Shown here piece by piece: positions 35,453 to 46,390 of a stretch of DNA of 64,000 bases; within the stretch, counting starts at the first letter, position 1, and each line of letters starts with the position of its first letter. The stretch lies in NCBI GenBank assembly GCA_942491275.1, contig CALNZI010000006.1:9899-73898 (forward strand), read 5' to 3'. The translations under genes were made by a program, and so were the position numbers. The DNA is from Minisyncoccota bacterium. Its GTDB lineage: Bacteria; Patescibacteriota; Minisyncoccia; Phycocordibacterales; UBA9973. The notes under the pieces were generated by a model. That model ran no database searches. It had not been told where the DNA came from and worked only from the letters and a program-made list of their open reading frames with translations.

Positions 35453-35941
35453 ATGGAGATATTAGGAAAAATTGGTTTTGATTGGCAAGTTGCATTAGCG
35501 AATCTGGTAAACTTCGTTATAATCTTTTTCGTGCTGAAAAAGTTTGCCTTTAAGCCTATAAATAAAATAATAGAAGAGCGTCAAAGTAAAATCAATAAGG
35601 GTCTAGAGGATGCTGAAAAAGCAGAAACTGAACTTCTTATGGCTAAAGAAACAGGAGATAAGAAGATTTCTGAAGCTAAAACTGAAGCTAATTCCATTAT
35701 TGGAAAAGCTCAGGAAAAAGGGGACAGTATTATCTCTTTAACAAAGGACGAGGCTTTAGAAATGAAATCATCTATTATTGCAGAAGGTGAAAAGCAAATT
35801 GAAAGAAAAAAAGAAGGAATGAAAACAGAGCTGGAAACGGAAACAGCTAATCTTATTGTTGATGGAATAGAAAAAATCCTAAAGGAAAAGCTAACCAAAG
35901 ACCAACAAGAAAATTATATTAAGAACGTTTTAGCAAATTAA
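35453..35941 (+). CDS. atpF: F-type ATP synthase subunit b
   Basis: One N-terminal TM then a long charged helix. Operon position supports the call. Confidence 0.85.
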   Translation: MEILGKIGFDWQVALANLVNFVIIFFVLKKFAFKPINKIIEERQSKINKGLEDAEKAETELLMAKETGDKKISEAKTEANSIIGKAQEKGDSIISLTKDEALEMKSSIIAEGEKQIERKKEGMKTELETETANLIVDGIEKILKEKLTKDQQENYIKNVLAN

Positions 35942-35947
35942 ATTATT

Positions 35948-36334
35948 ATGATATCTTCAAAAAATTTAGCAGATGCAATATATAAAGTTTCAATAGATTC
36001 AAAAAAAAGTGATGAAGCTATTGTAGAATCTGTATTATCCTATGTTAAGGAATATAAATTAGAGTCCATACTTCCTAAAGCATTAACTAAACTTGAAGAT
36101 AAAATTCAGAAAAAACTAATCTGGAATACTCTATTCATTAAATCAGGATTAGAAATAGATGATTCAATTGTAGCTAAAATAAAAGATAAGCTAAAAGCAG
36201 AAGATGTAATGCAAACAACAAAAGAAACTGACAAAAATTTAATTGGTGGATTTATTGCAACCTACAAAGGGATAATATATGACGCCAGTATTAAAAACAA
36301 ATTACAATTATTAAGAAATACATTAACAAAATAA
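35948..36334 (+). CDS. atpH: F-type ATP synthase subunit delta (short, 128 aa)
   Basis: Operon position between b and alpha. C-terminal LIGGFIATYKGIIYDASIKNKL matches the OSCP/delta C-terminus. Confidence 0.75.
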   Translation: MISSKNLADAIYKVSIDSKKSDEAIVESVLSYVKEYKLESILPKALTKLEDKIQKKLIWNTLFIKSGLEIDDSIVAKIKDKLKAEDVMQTTKETDKNLIGGFIATYKGIIYDASIKNKLQLLRNTLTK

Positions 36335-36337
36335 ACT

Positions 36338-37834
36338 ATGGCAGTAGAAGAAATTATCAAAAGTTTGAAAAATAAAATAGGGGAATTTGAGAATACAATA
36401 GATACCACAGAATTTGGTAACGTTGTTTCCATTGGTGATGGTATCGCCAAAATTTCTGGATTATCCGGTGCCATGTCATCGGAAATGCTTGATTTCCCAA
36501 ATGGAATTAAAGGTCTTGCCTTGAATCTTGGAGAAGATACAGTAGGAGCAGTTATCCTGGGTAATTTCTCCAGTATTAAAGAAGGAGACGTTGTGAAAAG
36601 AACAGGAAAAGTTCTTTCTGTTCCCGTTGGAAATGACATTATGGGTCGTGTAGTTGATCCTTTGATGAATCCAATAGATGGAAAGGGGGCTATTAAAACT
36701 GACCGAGAAATGTACGTTGAACGTATTGCTCCTGGAGTTATGGATAGACAAAGTGTTGACGTATCATTACAAACAGGAATTAAAGTTATCGATATTCTTG
36801 TTCCAATTGGTAGAGGTCAACGTGAGCTTATTATTGGAGACAGACAGACAGGTAAAACAGCTCTAGCGATAGATACAATAATTAATCAAAAAAACACAGG
36901 TGTTAAATGTGTTTATGTTGCTATTGGTCAGAAAAAATCAAAGGTGATGAGAGTGGTAAATGAATTAGAAAAAGCTGGAGCAATGTCCTACACAACAGTG
37001 GTTCTTGCCTCTGCTTCAGATAATGCATCATTGCTTTATCTTGCTCCCTATGCCGGAGTTTCAGTTGCTGAATACTTCATGGATAAAGGAGAAGATGTAT
37101 TAGTTGTCTATGACGACCTTTCAAAACATGCTAACTCATATCGTGAAATCTCACTTCTTTTGCGACGACCACCGGGTCGTGAAGCCTATCCTGGAGATGT
37201 CTTTTATTTACATTCTCGTTTACTGGAAAGAGCTTGCCGAAGAAATAAAGAAGTTGGGGGTGGATCAATTACAGCTCTTCCTATTATTGAAACTCAAGGA
37301 GGGGACATTTCTGCCTATATTCCAACTAACGTCATTTCCATCACCGATGGACAAATCTTTCTAGAAACTGGATTGTTTTATAAAGGAATCAAACCAGCCA
37401 TCAACGTTGGATTCTCTGTTTCTCGTGTGGGAGGAAATGCTCAAATTAAATCAATGAAAAAGAATGCTGGACCAATGAAACTTTCACTTGCTCAGTACCG
37501 AGAATTAGAAAGTTTTGCTCAGTTTGACTCTGATTTAGATGCAGATACAAAGAAAACACTTGATCGAGGAAGTAGAACCGTTGAAATTCTAAAACAAGAT
37601 CAATACAAACCTTTAACTGTTACAAATCAGATTGCTAGTATTTTTGCTGTTAACCAAGGACTATTGGATAACGTGGAAAAAGAAGATATTAAAGAATGGG
37701 AAGCTGGAATGCATAAATTCCTAGAAACTTCCAAGAAAGATTTAATGTCCAAAGTGGAAACTAATTGGGATGACACAGTAAAAGATCAATTAAAAGAAGC
37801 AATCGTTGAATACAAAGAATCAAAAGCAAAATAA
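36338..37834 (+). CDS. atpA: F-type ATP synthase subunit alpha
   Basis: Walker [10 protein letters not shown] and [20 protein letters not shown]. Confidence 0.97.
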   Translation: MAVEEIIKSLKNKIGEFENTIDTTEFGNVVSIGDGIAKISGLSGAMSSEMLDFPNGIKGLALNLGEDTVGAVILGNFSSIKEGDVVKRTGKVLSVPVGNDIMGRVVDPLMNPIDGKGAIKTDREMYVERIAPGVMDRQSVDVSLQTGIKVIDILVPIGRGQRELIIGDRQTGKTALAIDTIINQKNTGVKCVYVAIGQKKSKVMRVVNELEKAGAMSYTTVVLASASDNASLLYLAPYAGVSVAEYFMDKGEDVLVVYDDLSKHANSYREISLLLRRPPGREAYPGDVFYLHSRLLERACRRNKEVGGGSITALPIIETQGGDISAYIPTNVISITDGQIFLETGLFYKGIKPAINVGFSVSRVGGNAQIKSMKKNAGPMKLSLAQYRELESFAQFDSDLDADTKKTLDRGSRTVEILKQDQYKPLTVTNQIASIFAVNQGLLDNVEKEDIKEWEAGMHKFLETSKKDLMSKVETNWDDTVKDQLKEAIVEYKESKAK

Positions 37835-37841
37835 TTAATCT

Positions 37842-38753
37842 ATGCCCATTCAATCAAAAATAATTAAACAGAAGATGACTTCCATTGGAAGTATCAAGAA
37901 AATCACAAAAACCATGGAAATGGTATCTGTTTCGAAAATGAAAAAGGCTGTTTCAAATTCTCTTGCTTCTCGTGAATATGCTCGATACGCTCTTGAATTA
38001 CTGATAACACTTGCCGAAGAAAGAAATGTCCCAAATCCTTTACTTGAAGAAGGTATAGGAAAGAAGAAACTCTTAGTCATAGTTGCTTCAAACAAAGGAC
38101 TCTGTGGTGGTTATAATATAAATATTTCAAAAGCTGTATCTAAATTCAAAGAAGCAAATGAAGGAATAGAAATAGAATGTATAACAATAGGTAAACAATC
38201 AGAAAAAATTGCTAAAAGAAATAAATTAAAAATAATCGCCAGTATAAATGAATTCAAAGAGAATATTGACTTGGAAGAAATAGATATTCTAAAAAACATA
38301 ATTATTAAAGAATTCATTGAACTCAAAAATTATAAAGATGTTTCTGTAGCCTACACACAATTTGTTAAACAATTAGATTACAGACCAAATATAAAAGAAA
38401 TTATTCCTATTAGCCCTAAAACATCAAAAAATATCATAGAAGAAATGCAAGACGGGAATAGTAAAGATGGGTTAAAAGAAAAATCAATGGCATTATATTT
38501 ATTTGAACCAAGTGAAGAAAGAGTTTTAAATAAAGTGATCCCAGATTTAACTTCTGCAATACTCTTTCAGATAATGCTTGAAGCTCAAGCCTCTGAACAC
38601 AGTTCTAGAATGGTAGCCATGAAAAGTGCTACTGATAATGCCGGGGAATTATTGGATGATTTGAAACTAACTTATAATAGAGCTCGTCAAGCAGGTATTA
38701 CTCAGGAGGTCGCTGAGATTATAGGAGGAGCTGAAGCATTAAATACAAATTAA
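37842..38753 (+). CDS. atpG: F-type ATP synthase subunit gamma
   Basis: IKKITKTMEMVS N-terminus and LTYNRARQAGITQEVAEI C-terminus. Confidence 0.93.
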   Translation: MPIQSKIIKQKMTSIGSIKKITKTMEMVSVSKMKKAVSNSLASREYARYALELLITLAEERNVPNPLLEEGIGKKKLLVIVASNKGLCGGYNINISKAVSKFKEANEGIEIECITIGKQSEKIAKRNKLKIIASINEFKENIDLEEIDILKNIIIKEFIELKNYKDVSVAYTQFVKQLDYRPNIKEIIPISPKTSKNIIEEMQDGNSKDGLKEKSMALYLFEPSEERVLNKVIPDLTSAILFQIMLEAQASEHSSRMVAMKSATDNAGELLDDLKLTYNRARQAGITQEVAEIIGGAEALNTN

Positions 38754-40163
<1,410 letters not shown>

Positions 40164-40246
40164 TAATTTTTCGGGAAAAGGTCTTTCCTTGCGAAGTGAA
40201 GCGGAGGAAGGTGAGTCCTTAAAGAGAAAAATTTACAAAAAAAATT

Positions 40247-40699
40247 ATGCAAAGTAAAAACACAATCTCATTAAAAATTCTAACACCTGAGAAAGTTATC
40301 TACCAAGATGATGTTCTTAAAATAGCCGTACCCACAGAAAGCGGAGAGATCACAGTATTGCCGAATCACTCTCCTTTGGTATCCATCGTAAAACCAGGTG
40401 AAATTCGAATTCAAAAAAGTACCAATGAAGAATCAATCCCTTTAGCTATTAATGGGGGAATAGTAGAAATCCGCCCTGTTTTAGCTGGAAAAGAAATAGG
40501 CTCAGAAGTTATAATTCTAGCTTCCGGATCTGAATTTGCCTCTGATATTGATATAGCAAAAGCTGAAGAATCATATGAAAGGGCAAAACGTGCTATGGAA
40601 GAAAAGGACAACTTGTCTGATATTGATTTCAGTAAGTTCCAAGCTGTTATAGATAGAGAATTAAACAAAATTAAAATTGGTAAAAAGTATAGAAAATAA
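40247..40699 (+). CDS. atpC: F-type ATP synthase subunit epsilon
   Basis: LKILTPEKVIYQD...GEITVLPNHSPL beta-sandwich start. Last gene of the operon. Confidence 0.9.
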   Translation: MQSKNTISLKILTPEKVIYQDDVLKIAVPTESGEITVLPNHSPLVSIVKPGEIRIQKSTNEESIPLAINGGIVEIRPVLAGKEIGSEVIILASGSEFASDIDIAKAEESYERAKRAMEEKDNLSDIDFSKFQAVIDRELNKIKIGKKYRK

Positions 40700-40876
40700 A
40701 TAAATAAATCTGGTACAATTAGATTACTATTATAAATAATACAAATATACAAATATGGCAAAAGGGAAAGGGGCCCGAAAGGAAGTAAAAAAACCTAAGA
40801 AGGCAAAAAAATAATTAAAACAAAAATCTAAGTTAATACTTGGATTTTTGTTTGTTTTAATGTAACATGGGACCCT

Positions 40877-42352
40877 ATGAATAATAATGAAGTAGTAGTA
40901 CGATTTGAAAAAGTTTTTTTTGAATATGGAATCAATAAGCCCATTCTAGATGAGGTTAATTTTTCAATACGACGAGGAATGAAGGTCACAGTCATGGGAC
41001 AAAATGGTGCGGGAAAAAGTACTATTTTTAGCCTTATTACAAAAGACCTTGAGCCAGAAGATGGAGATATACACTTAGCCCAACGTACAACCATTGCTTT
41101 GTCTCGACAAGTTATTCCTCAAGATGAATTAGATCTAACTGTTCGAGAATTCTTTCAAAAATGTTTTAAGAAAAAAGTATATGATATCGATCCCAAAATT
41201 GATACCGTCCTTGAAATTGTTAATCTCATCGATCATAAAAAAGTTCATGACAGAATCATTCGAACCTTCTCCGGGGGACAGCAAGCTCGACTTCTTTTAG
41301 CTTCAGCTCTTATTCAAGAGCCAGATATTCTTCTTTTAGATGAACCCACTAATAATTTAGATAAAGAGGGAATAAAACATCTTACTGATTTTCTGGTTAA
41401 ATATAAAAAAACTGTTGTTGTTATTTCCCATGATGCTCATTTTCTAAATGCATTCACCGATGCAGTTTTATACTTAGATATCTATACAAGAAAAATAGAA
41501 CAATACGTTGGTAACTATACTAATGTTCGAGATCAAATAATGGCAAGAATGGAGCGTGAAAATAGAAAAAATGCGCTTTTGGAGAAAGAAATTAAAGCTA
41601 AAAAGGAACAGGCTAATGCTTTCGCTATGAAAGGAGGAAATCTTCGAGCTGTGGCCAAAAGAATGAGAGATCTGGCTGGAGATTTGGAAGACTCGAAAGT
41701 TGATGTTCGAAAAGAAGATAAAACAATAAAAAAATTCACTATTCCATTTCAGGAAAATTTAATAGGGGATATATTGTTGGTTTCGGCTGTCTCTGTTTTA
41801 AAAAAGCATGAGCCGGTAATTAGAAAAGTAAGTATTAAACTTCGAAAAAATAGACACCTCCTATTAACTGGACCAAATGGTATTGGGAAAAGCACACTTT
41901 TAGAATCACTAGCTAACAACAGAGCTGTGGACGGCATAATAACTAAAGGAGTCCGAGTCGGTTACTATCGTCAAGATTTTTCTACTCTGGATTTCAATCA
42001 AACAATATTTGAATCCCTAGCTGATGTAATGAGAACAATTTCTGCTAAAGTCGAGGAAGAAAAAATTCGTGCTATCGCTGCAGGATTCCTACTAACTGGA
42101 AATATGATTCATACTAGAATAGGGGATTTATCTGAAGGACAAAAAGGTCTAGTAGCCTTTGCTAGATTAGTTATAGAGCAACCAGGACTATTAATTCTAG
42201 ATGAACCAACAAATCATATAAACTTCCGTCATTTGCCTATAATTGCCAAGGCTTTAGATGAATATAAGGGAGCCATGATATTAGTCTCCCACGTCCCTGA
42301 ATTCGTAAAACAAATCCGCATAGATGAAACTCTGGATTTAGGGAAGATTTAG
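40877..42352 (+). CDS. ABC-F family ATPase (two ABC domains, no TM domain)
   Basis: Walker A GQNGAGKST and GPNGIGKST. Signatures FSGGQQARL and LSEGQKGLV. A charged linker separates the two domains. Confidence 0.88.
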   Translation: MNNNEVVVRFEKVFFEYGINKPILDEVNFSIRRGMKVTVMGQNGAGKSTIFSLITKDLEPEDGDIHLAQRTTIALSRQVIPQDELDLTVREFFQKCFKKKVYDIDPKIDTVLEIVNLIDHKKVHDRIIRTFSGGQQARLLLASALIQEPDILLLDEPTNNLDKEGIKHLTDFLVKYKKTVVVISHDAHFLNAFTDAVLYLDIYTRKIEQYVGNYTNVRDQIMARMERENRKNALLEKEIKAKKEQANAFAMKGGNLRAVAKRMRDLAGDLEDSKVDVRKEDKTIKKFTIPFQENLIGDILLVSAVSVLKKHEPVIRKVSIKLRKNRHLLLTGPNGIGKSTLLESLANNRAVDGIITKGVRVGYYRQDFSTLDFNQTIFESLADVMRTISAKVEEEKIRAIAAGFLLTGNMIHTRIGDLSEGQKGLVAFARLVIEQPGLLILDEPTNHINFRHLPIIAKALDEYKGAMILVSHVPEFVKQIRIDETLDLGKI

Positions 42353-42546
42353 TTTTTTATTGTAACTTCGATCTCTATTTGTAGAGCTAATATTGACAAA
42401 GAAGCTCTAATGTGCTATATTATAAAGAGTGGTATAGTTCTTTAATATTTTTGATTATTTGATTTCTGTTTGGTGAATTATCTTTGCTTCTCTTTTGGAG
42501 GTTAAGATAATTCACCAAAAGTTAAACAAATTAAATAATAAAAAAA

Positions 42547-42696
42547 ATGAAGAAAATTAAAACAATGACTTGGGTAAAAATATTGTTGATTGTAGTTTTT
42601 ATTGGAGCAATAATATTTCAATTATGGAAATGGGAGGCATTTACTGACCCATTACCACCTCCACCTTCAGAAACTCATCCACATTTATTCGAGTAA
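42547..42696 (+). CDS. Small membrane peptide with a PPPP tract (49 aa), hypothetical
   Basis: Below the track cutoff. MKKIKTMTWVKILLIVVFIGAIIFQLWKWEAFTDPLPPPPSETHPHLFE. Has its own TTGACA-17-TATATT promoter (42393-42421), a structured leader and a terminator (42714-42740). Confidence 0.4.
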   Translation: MKKIKTMTWVKILLIVVFIGAIIFQLWKWEAFTDPLPPPPSETHPHLFE

Positions 42697-42837
42697 AATA
42701 ACTCGCCAACAGTAAACCTGCTTCGGCGGGTTTTTGTTTACCCCTTTTTTCTTCTCCTAAATAGCTTCCCACTTCGTACCAACCGGAGAAGGAGAAATCC
42801 AAAACATATATAACTTGAGATCTGCTATAATACTTAA

Positions 42838-44529
42838 ATGACACAGGATCAGGCATTCAAAATAATGAAAACTGGCGTGAATATTTACCTAACTGGAAAT
42901 GCCGGAAGTGGGAAAACATACCTATTAAACAAATACATCACATACCTACAGGATCATAGTATTCCTGTGGCTGTTACGGCTTCAACAGGAATTGCGGCAA
43001 CTCACATGAATGGAATGACCATTCATGGATGGTCTGGAATGGGTATCAAAAATAAAATGGATGAAAAAGATCTGGAGCAATTAGAGGAAAAGAAGTATCT
43101 ATGGAAAAGATTTGAAAAAGCTCGTGTCCTTATCATAGACGAAATTTCTATGCTTCATGGATATCAATTGGAAATGATTGAAAAAATTTGTCGTCGTTTC
43201 AAAAGAAACGAAAAACCTTTTGGTGGATTACAGGTTATTCTTTCTGGTGATTTTTTTCAACTTCCACCGGTTCAAAAATCAAATGAACTCAATGATCTAG
43301 AAAGTAATATGGTTTATGCCAATGATGCTTGGACTATCTTAAATCCAGCAATTTGCTATCTTACCGAACAACATCGACAACAGGATGAAATATTAACAGA
43401 TATTTTAAATAATATTAGAAGTAATGATCTGGGAGAAAAACATTACGAACATTTATCATCTAGGATTGGAGCTGAATTAAAAGATAAAAGAAAAGCCACC
43501 AAACTTTATACCCACAATGCCAATGTTGATAATGAAAATTTTAATGAACTATCCCAAATAAAAGACGAAGAAAAAATTTATAAAATGACTTCCAGTGGAT
43601 CCGATATCCTAGTGGAAATTTTAAAGAAAAGTTGTTTGGCCCATGAAGAACTTTCTCTCAAAATTGGAGCTGAAGTTATGTGTATTAAAAACAATTTTGA
43701 AGAAGGCTATGTAAATGGATCCAGAGGTAAAGTCGCTAGCTTCAATGAATCTTCTGGTTATCCAATTGTGGAATTATACAATGGGAAAAGAATAACTATC
43801 TCTCCGATGGTTTGGGTTATTGAAGAAAATAATAAAATAAAAGCTTCTCTAACTCAACTTCCAATTAGACTGGCCTGGGCTATAACTATCCATAAAAGCC
43901 AGGGAATGTCCTTAGATAATGCTGAAATAGACCTAGAAAGTACTTTTGCCTATGGAATGGGATACGTGGCTCTTTCCCGAGTTAGAACTCTTTCTGGTAT
44001 TAAATTAGTTGGATTTAAGCCAGAATCCCTACAAGTGGATCCCATGGTGCTTGAATTTGATCAAGAATTAAAAAATGAAAGCACTCAAAATGAACTTATT
44101 TTTAAAAAATTAACCCCCGAAGAGCAACATCAATTAGAAAAAGACTTTATTGTAAAAATGGGTGGGACTCTAGAGAAACAGAAAGGTAAAAGGAGGGTCA
44201 AAGCACCTAAGACAAAAGTCCCAACAATTATTATTACAAAAGAATTACTGGAAGAAAAAAAGTCCATTAAGGAAATTGCCCAGAGAAGAGGTCTAACTGA
44301 AGGAACTATTGTTCATCACATAGAACAAATATTAGAAGAAAATCCCAAAACAGATATTAGTCATTTGAAGTCCTCAGAAAAAATTGTGAAATTAGTGCAG
44401 AAGGCTAATAAAAAATTAAAAGGGGAAGAAGTAGGGAAACTAAGTCCAATCAAAAGTATTTTAGAAAAAGAAGGCCATAGTTTTTCCTTTGAGGAAATAA
44501 GGTTAGCTAGATTATTTATTAAAAAATAA
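42838..44529 (+). CDS. PIF1/RecD-like SF1B DNA helicase with C-terminal HTH
   Basis: GNAGSGKTY, IIDEISML, LSGDFFQLPPV, ITIHKSQG. ATG lies 6 nt after TGcTATAAT. Confidence 0.85.
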   Translation: MTQDQAFKIMKTGVNIYLTGNAGSGKTYLLNKYITYLQDHSIPVAVTASTGIAATHMNGMTIHGWSGMGIKNKMDEKDLEQLEEKKYLWKRFEKARVLIIDEISMLHGYQLEMIEKICRRFKRNEKPFGGLQVILSGDFFQLPPVQKSNELNDLESNMVYANDAWTILNPAICYLTEQHRQQDEILTDILNNIRSNDLGEKHYEHLSSRIGAELKDKRKATKLYTHNANVDNENFNELSQIKDEEKIYKMTSSGSDILVEILKKSCLAHEELSLKIGAEVMCIKNNFEEGYVNGSRGKVASFNESSGYPIVELYNGKRITISPMVWVIEENNKIKASLTQLPIRLAWAITIHKSQGMSLDNAEIDLESTFAYGMGYVALSRVRTLSGIKLVGFKPESLQVDPMVLEFDQELKNESTQNELIFKKLTPEEQHQLEKDFIVKMGGTLEKQKGKRRVKAPKTKVPTIIITKELLEEKKSIKEIAQRRGLTEGTIVHHIEQILEENPKTDISHLKSSEKIVKLVQKANKKLKGEEVGKLSPIKSILEKEGHSFSFEEIRLARLFIKK

Positions 44530-44539
44530 AATACAAATT

Positions 44540-45262
44540 ATGAATAAAATACAAAAAATTCAGAAAGAATTAGAAAGTAAGTCAAAACCAGCCAAAATAA
44601 AAATAATGATGTATTATTTTAAAACGGGAAAAGGTGAGTACGGAGAAGGGGACGTATTTCTTGGATTAACTTCACAGGAAATAAAAAATGTTGCCCAAAA
44701 ATATTATGATCTATCTTTCACTGAATTAAGTAAATTACTAAATTCTAAAATACACGAAGAAAGAATTTGCGCATTAAGAATTCTTGTTCATAATTATAAA
44801 AAAGATAATTCAAGAAAAGAAATCTATGATTTTTATTTAAAAAATACAAAAAAAATAAATAATTGGGATCTAGTAGACATCTCAGCCCACTATATTGTTG
44901 GAGATTATTTATACCAAAGGACGGTCCTTAAGAGGGCTTCCCCAAGGACCGTCCTTTTCAAATTAGCCAAATCTAAAAATCTTTGGGAGCGTCGAATTGC
45001 CATGATTTCAACTTTTGCTTTCATATATAAAGGTGAGTATAAATGGACCTTTAAAATAGCTAAAATGCTTATAAAAGACCAGGAAGACCTAATTCACAAG
45101 GCTTCCGGTTGGATGCTCAGGGAAGTAGGGAAAAGGGTCTCTGAGACTAAATTAAAGGCATTTTTGGACACATATGGGACAAAGATGCCCCGAACAATGT
45201 TAAGATATACTATTGAAAGGCTTCCTGAAGCCAAAAGAAAATATTACTTAAATAAAAAATAA
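44540..45262 (+). CDS. DNA alkylation repair protein (AlkD/AlkC-like HEAT-repeat glycosylase family)
   Basis: NNWDLVD, LWERRIAMIST, IHKASGWMLREVGK are the characteristic blocks of the DNA_alkylation family. Confidence 0.75.
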   Translation: MNKIQKIQKELESKSKPAKIKIMMYYFKTGKGEYGEGDVFLGLTSQEIKNVAQKYYDLSFTELSKLLNSKIHEERICALRILVHNYKKDNSRKEIYDFYLKNTKKINNWDLVDISAHYIVGDYLYQRTVLKRASPRTVLFKLAKSKNLWERRIAMISTFAFIYKGEYKWTFKIAKMLIKDQEDLIHKASGWMLREVGKRVSETKLKAFLDTYGTKMPRTMLRYTIERLPEAKRKYYLNKK

Positions 45263-45270
45263 TTTAAAAT

Positions 45271-46035
45271 ATGAAAATTTATAATAAGAAAAAAAATAAT
45301 CCAAAATCTTTCATCGTGATAATAATATTAATTATATTTATTATTGGAATAATATGGTTACTTAATTCAAAAAATGATGAAGTAATTATGCAAAACGAAA
45401 ATACAATAAATAAAAAACCAATTTCTCTTTGTTTTTACAGGTCACAAAAAACAGATAGTGGTCTAGAAGACAGAGCTTGGCTTAAGTTAAATATTTTAAA
45501 TAATAAAGTAAGTGGTGAATTTCAAAATCTACCAGCAGAGAAAGATTCAAAAATTGGAACATTCCAAGGAGAACTTGGACCACTTGATCCACAAATAATG
45601 GGACATCGATTTATTGTATGGTGGGAAGCTCAAGCAGAAGGAATGATTGTAAAAGAAGAATTACTAATAGAATATGGTGAAGGAAGTGCCACCGTTGGGT
45701 TTGGAGAAATGGCAGATAGAGGAGATGGAGTTTATGTTTATAAAAACAAAGATAACCTTTTTTATATAAATCAAATGAACGATGTAGACTGTGATTCATT
45801 TAATGAAAAACTTGATGTTGAAAAATATATTCAAGAAAATATAAAAACAATAGCTACAAACGAAGCCATACTTGGTGGAACTTGGTATGTTATTTCAACT
45901 GAAGTAAATTCATCAAACAATAATGGATCAGTAACTTACGAAGATGGACATATGCAGAGTAAAGCTTCCTTTAATTACAAATACGACAAATACACTCAAG
46001 AAGTTGATATTCTAAATTTCAAAATTGTAAATTAA
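45271..46035 (+). CDS. Hypothetical membrane-anchored/secreted protein
   Basis: 254 aa with an N-terminal TM (FIVIIILIIFIIGIIWLL). No recognised domain. Confidence 0.45.
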   Translation: MKIYNKKKNNPKSFIVIIILIIFIIGIIWLLNSKNDEVIMQNENTINKKPISLCFYRSQKTDSGLEDRAWLKLNILNNKVSGEFQNLPAEKDSKIGTFQGELGPLDPQIMGHRFIVWWEAQAEGMIVKEELLIEYGEGSATVGFGEMADRGDGVYVYKNKDNLFYINQMNDVDCDSFNEKLDVEKYIQENIKTIATNEAILGGTWYVISTEVNSSNNNGSVTYEDGHMQSKASFNYKYDKYTQEVDILNFKIVN

Positions 46036-46043
46036 AAAAATAC

Positions 46044-46202
46044 TATCTTTTTCTTTCCCTCCAATCATATTCTTCCTCTTCATCGTCAGTTTTATCTACG
46101 ATAGGTGTTCCGCAATTAAGGCAACTATCCCCATAGGATCGTAAACCACAACGAGGACAAACTGGTTCTTTAACTTCTTCTTGTTCTAATTCATCATCCA
46201 TT
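46044..46202 (-). CDS. Small zinc-ribbon protein (52 aa), acidic termini
   Basis: Below the track cutoff. MDDELEQEEVKEPVCPRCGLRSYGDSCLNCGTPIVDKTDDEEEEYDWRERKR has CxxC...CxxC. ATG lies 6 nt after TGtTATAAT on the minus strand. Confidence 0.55.
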
Positions 46203-46390
46203 TAAGCATTATAACAAAAACATATTATATTTAAAAAGTTAATATTTTATTTTATTCCTCCTTAACCCCATTTTTCGAGATTACCTTCAAAACGGCACGC
46301 CCCCACCCGTCGTCATAAAACAATATATTAACTTTTTATAAATTAATCTATTTGTAAAAAACACCATTTTTAAGGTATAATATTCTGTAT

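Noticed and set aside
36262-36639. Many 60-130-aa ORFs antisense to conserved genes. Examples: 805-1107, 4103-4318, 10489-10761, 11951-12337, 20858-21145, 25590-25844, 36262-36639, 36476-36751, 40411-40761, 40828-41094, 48989-49378, 59278-59604.
   Set aside because: All sit inside well-supported genes on the opposite strand or in another frame. They have low-complexity Ser/Phe/Ile-rich translations typical of AT-rich shadow frames, and no independent promoter or terminator signals.
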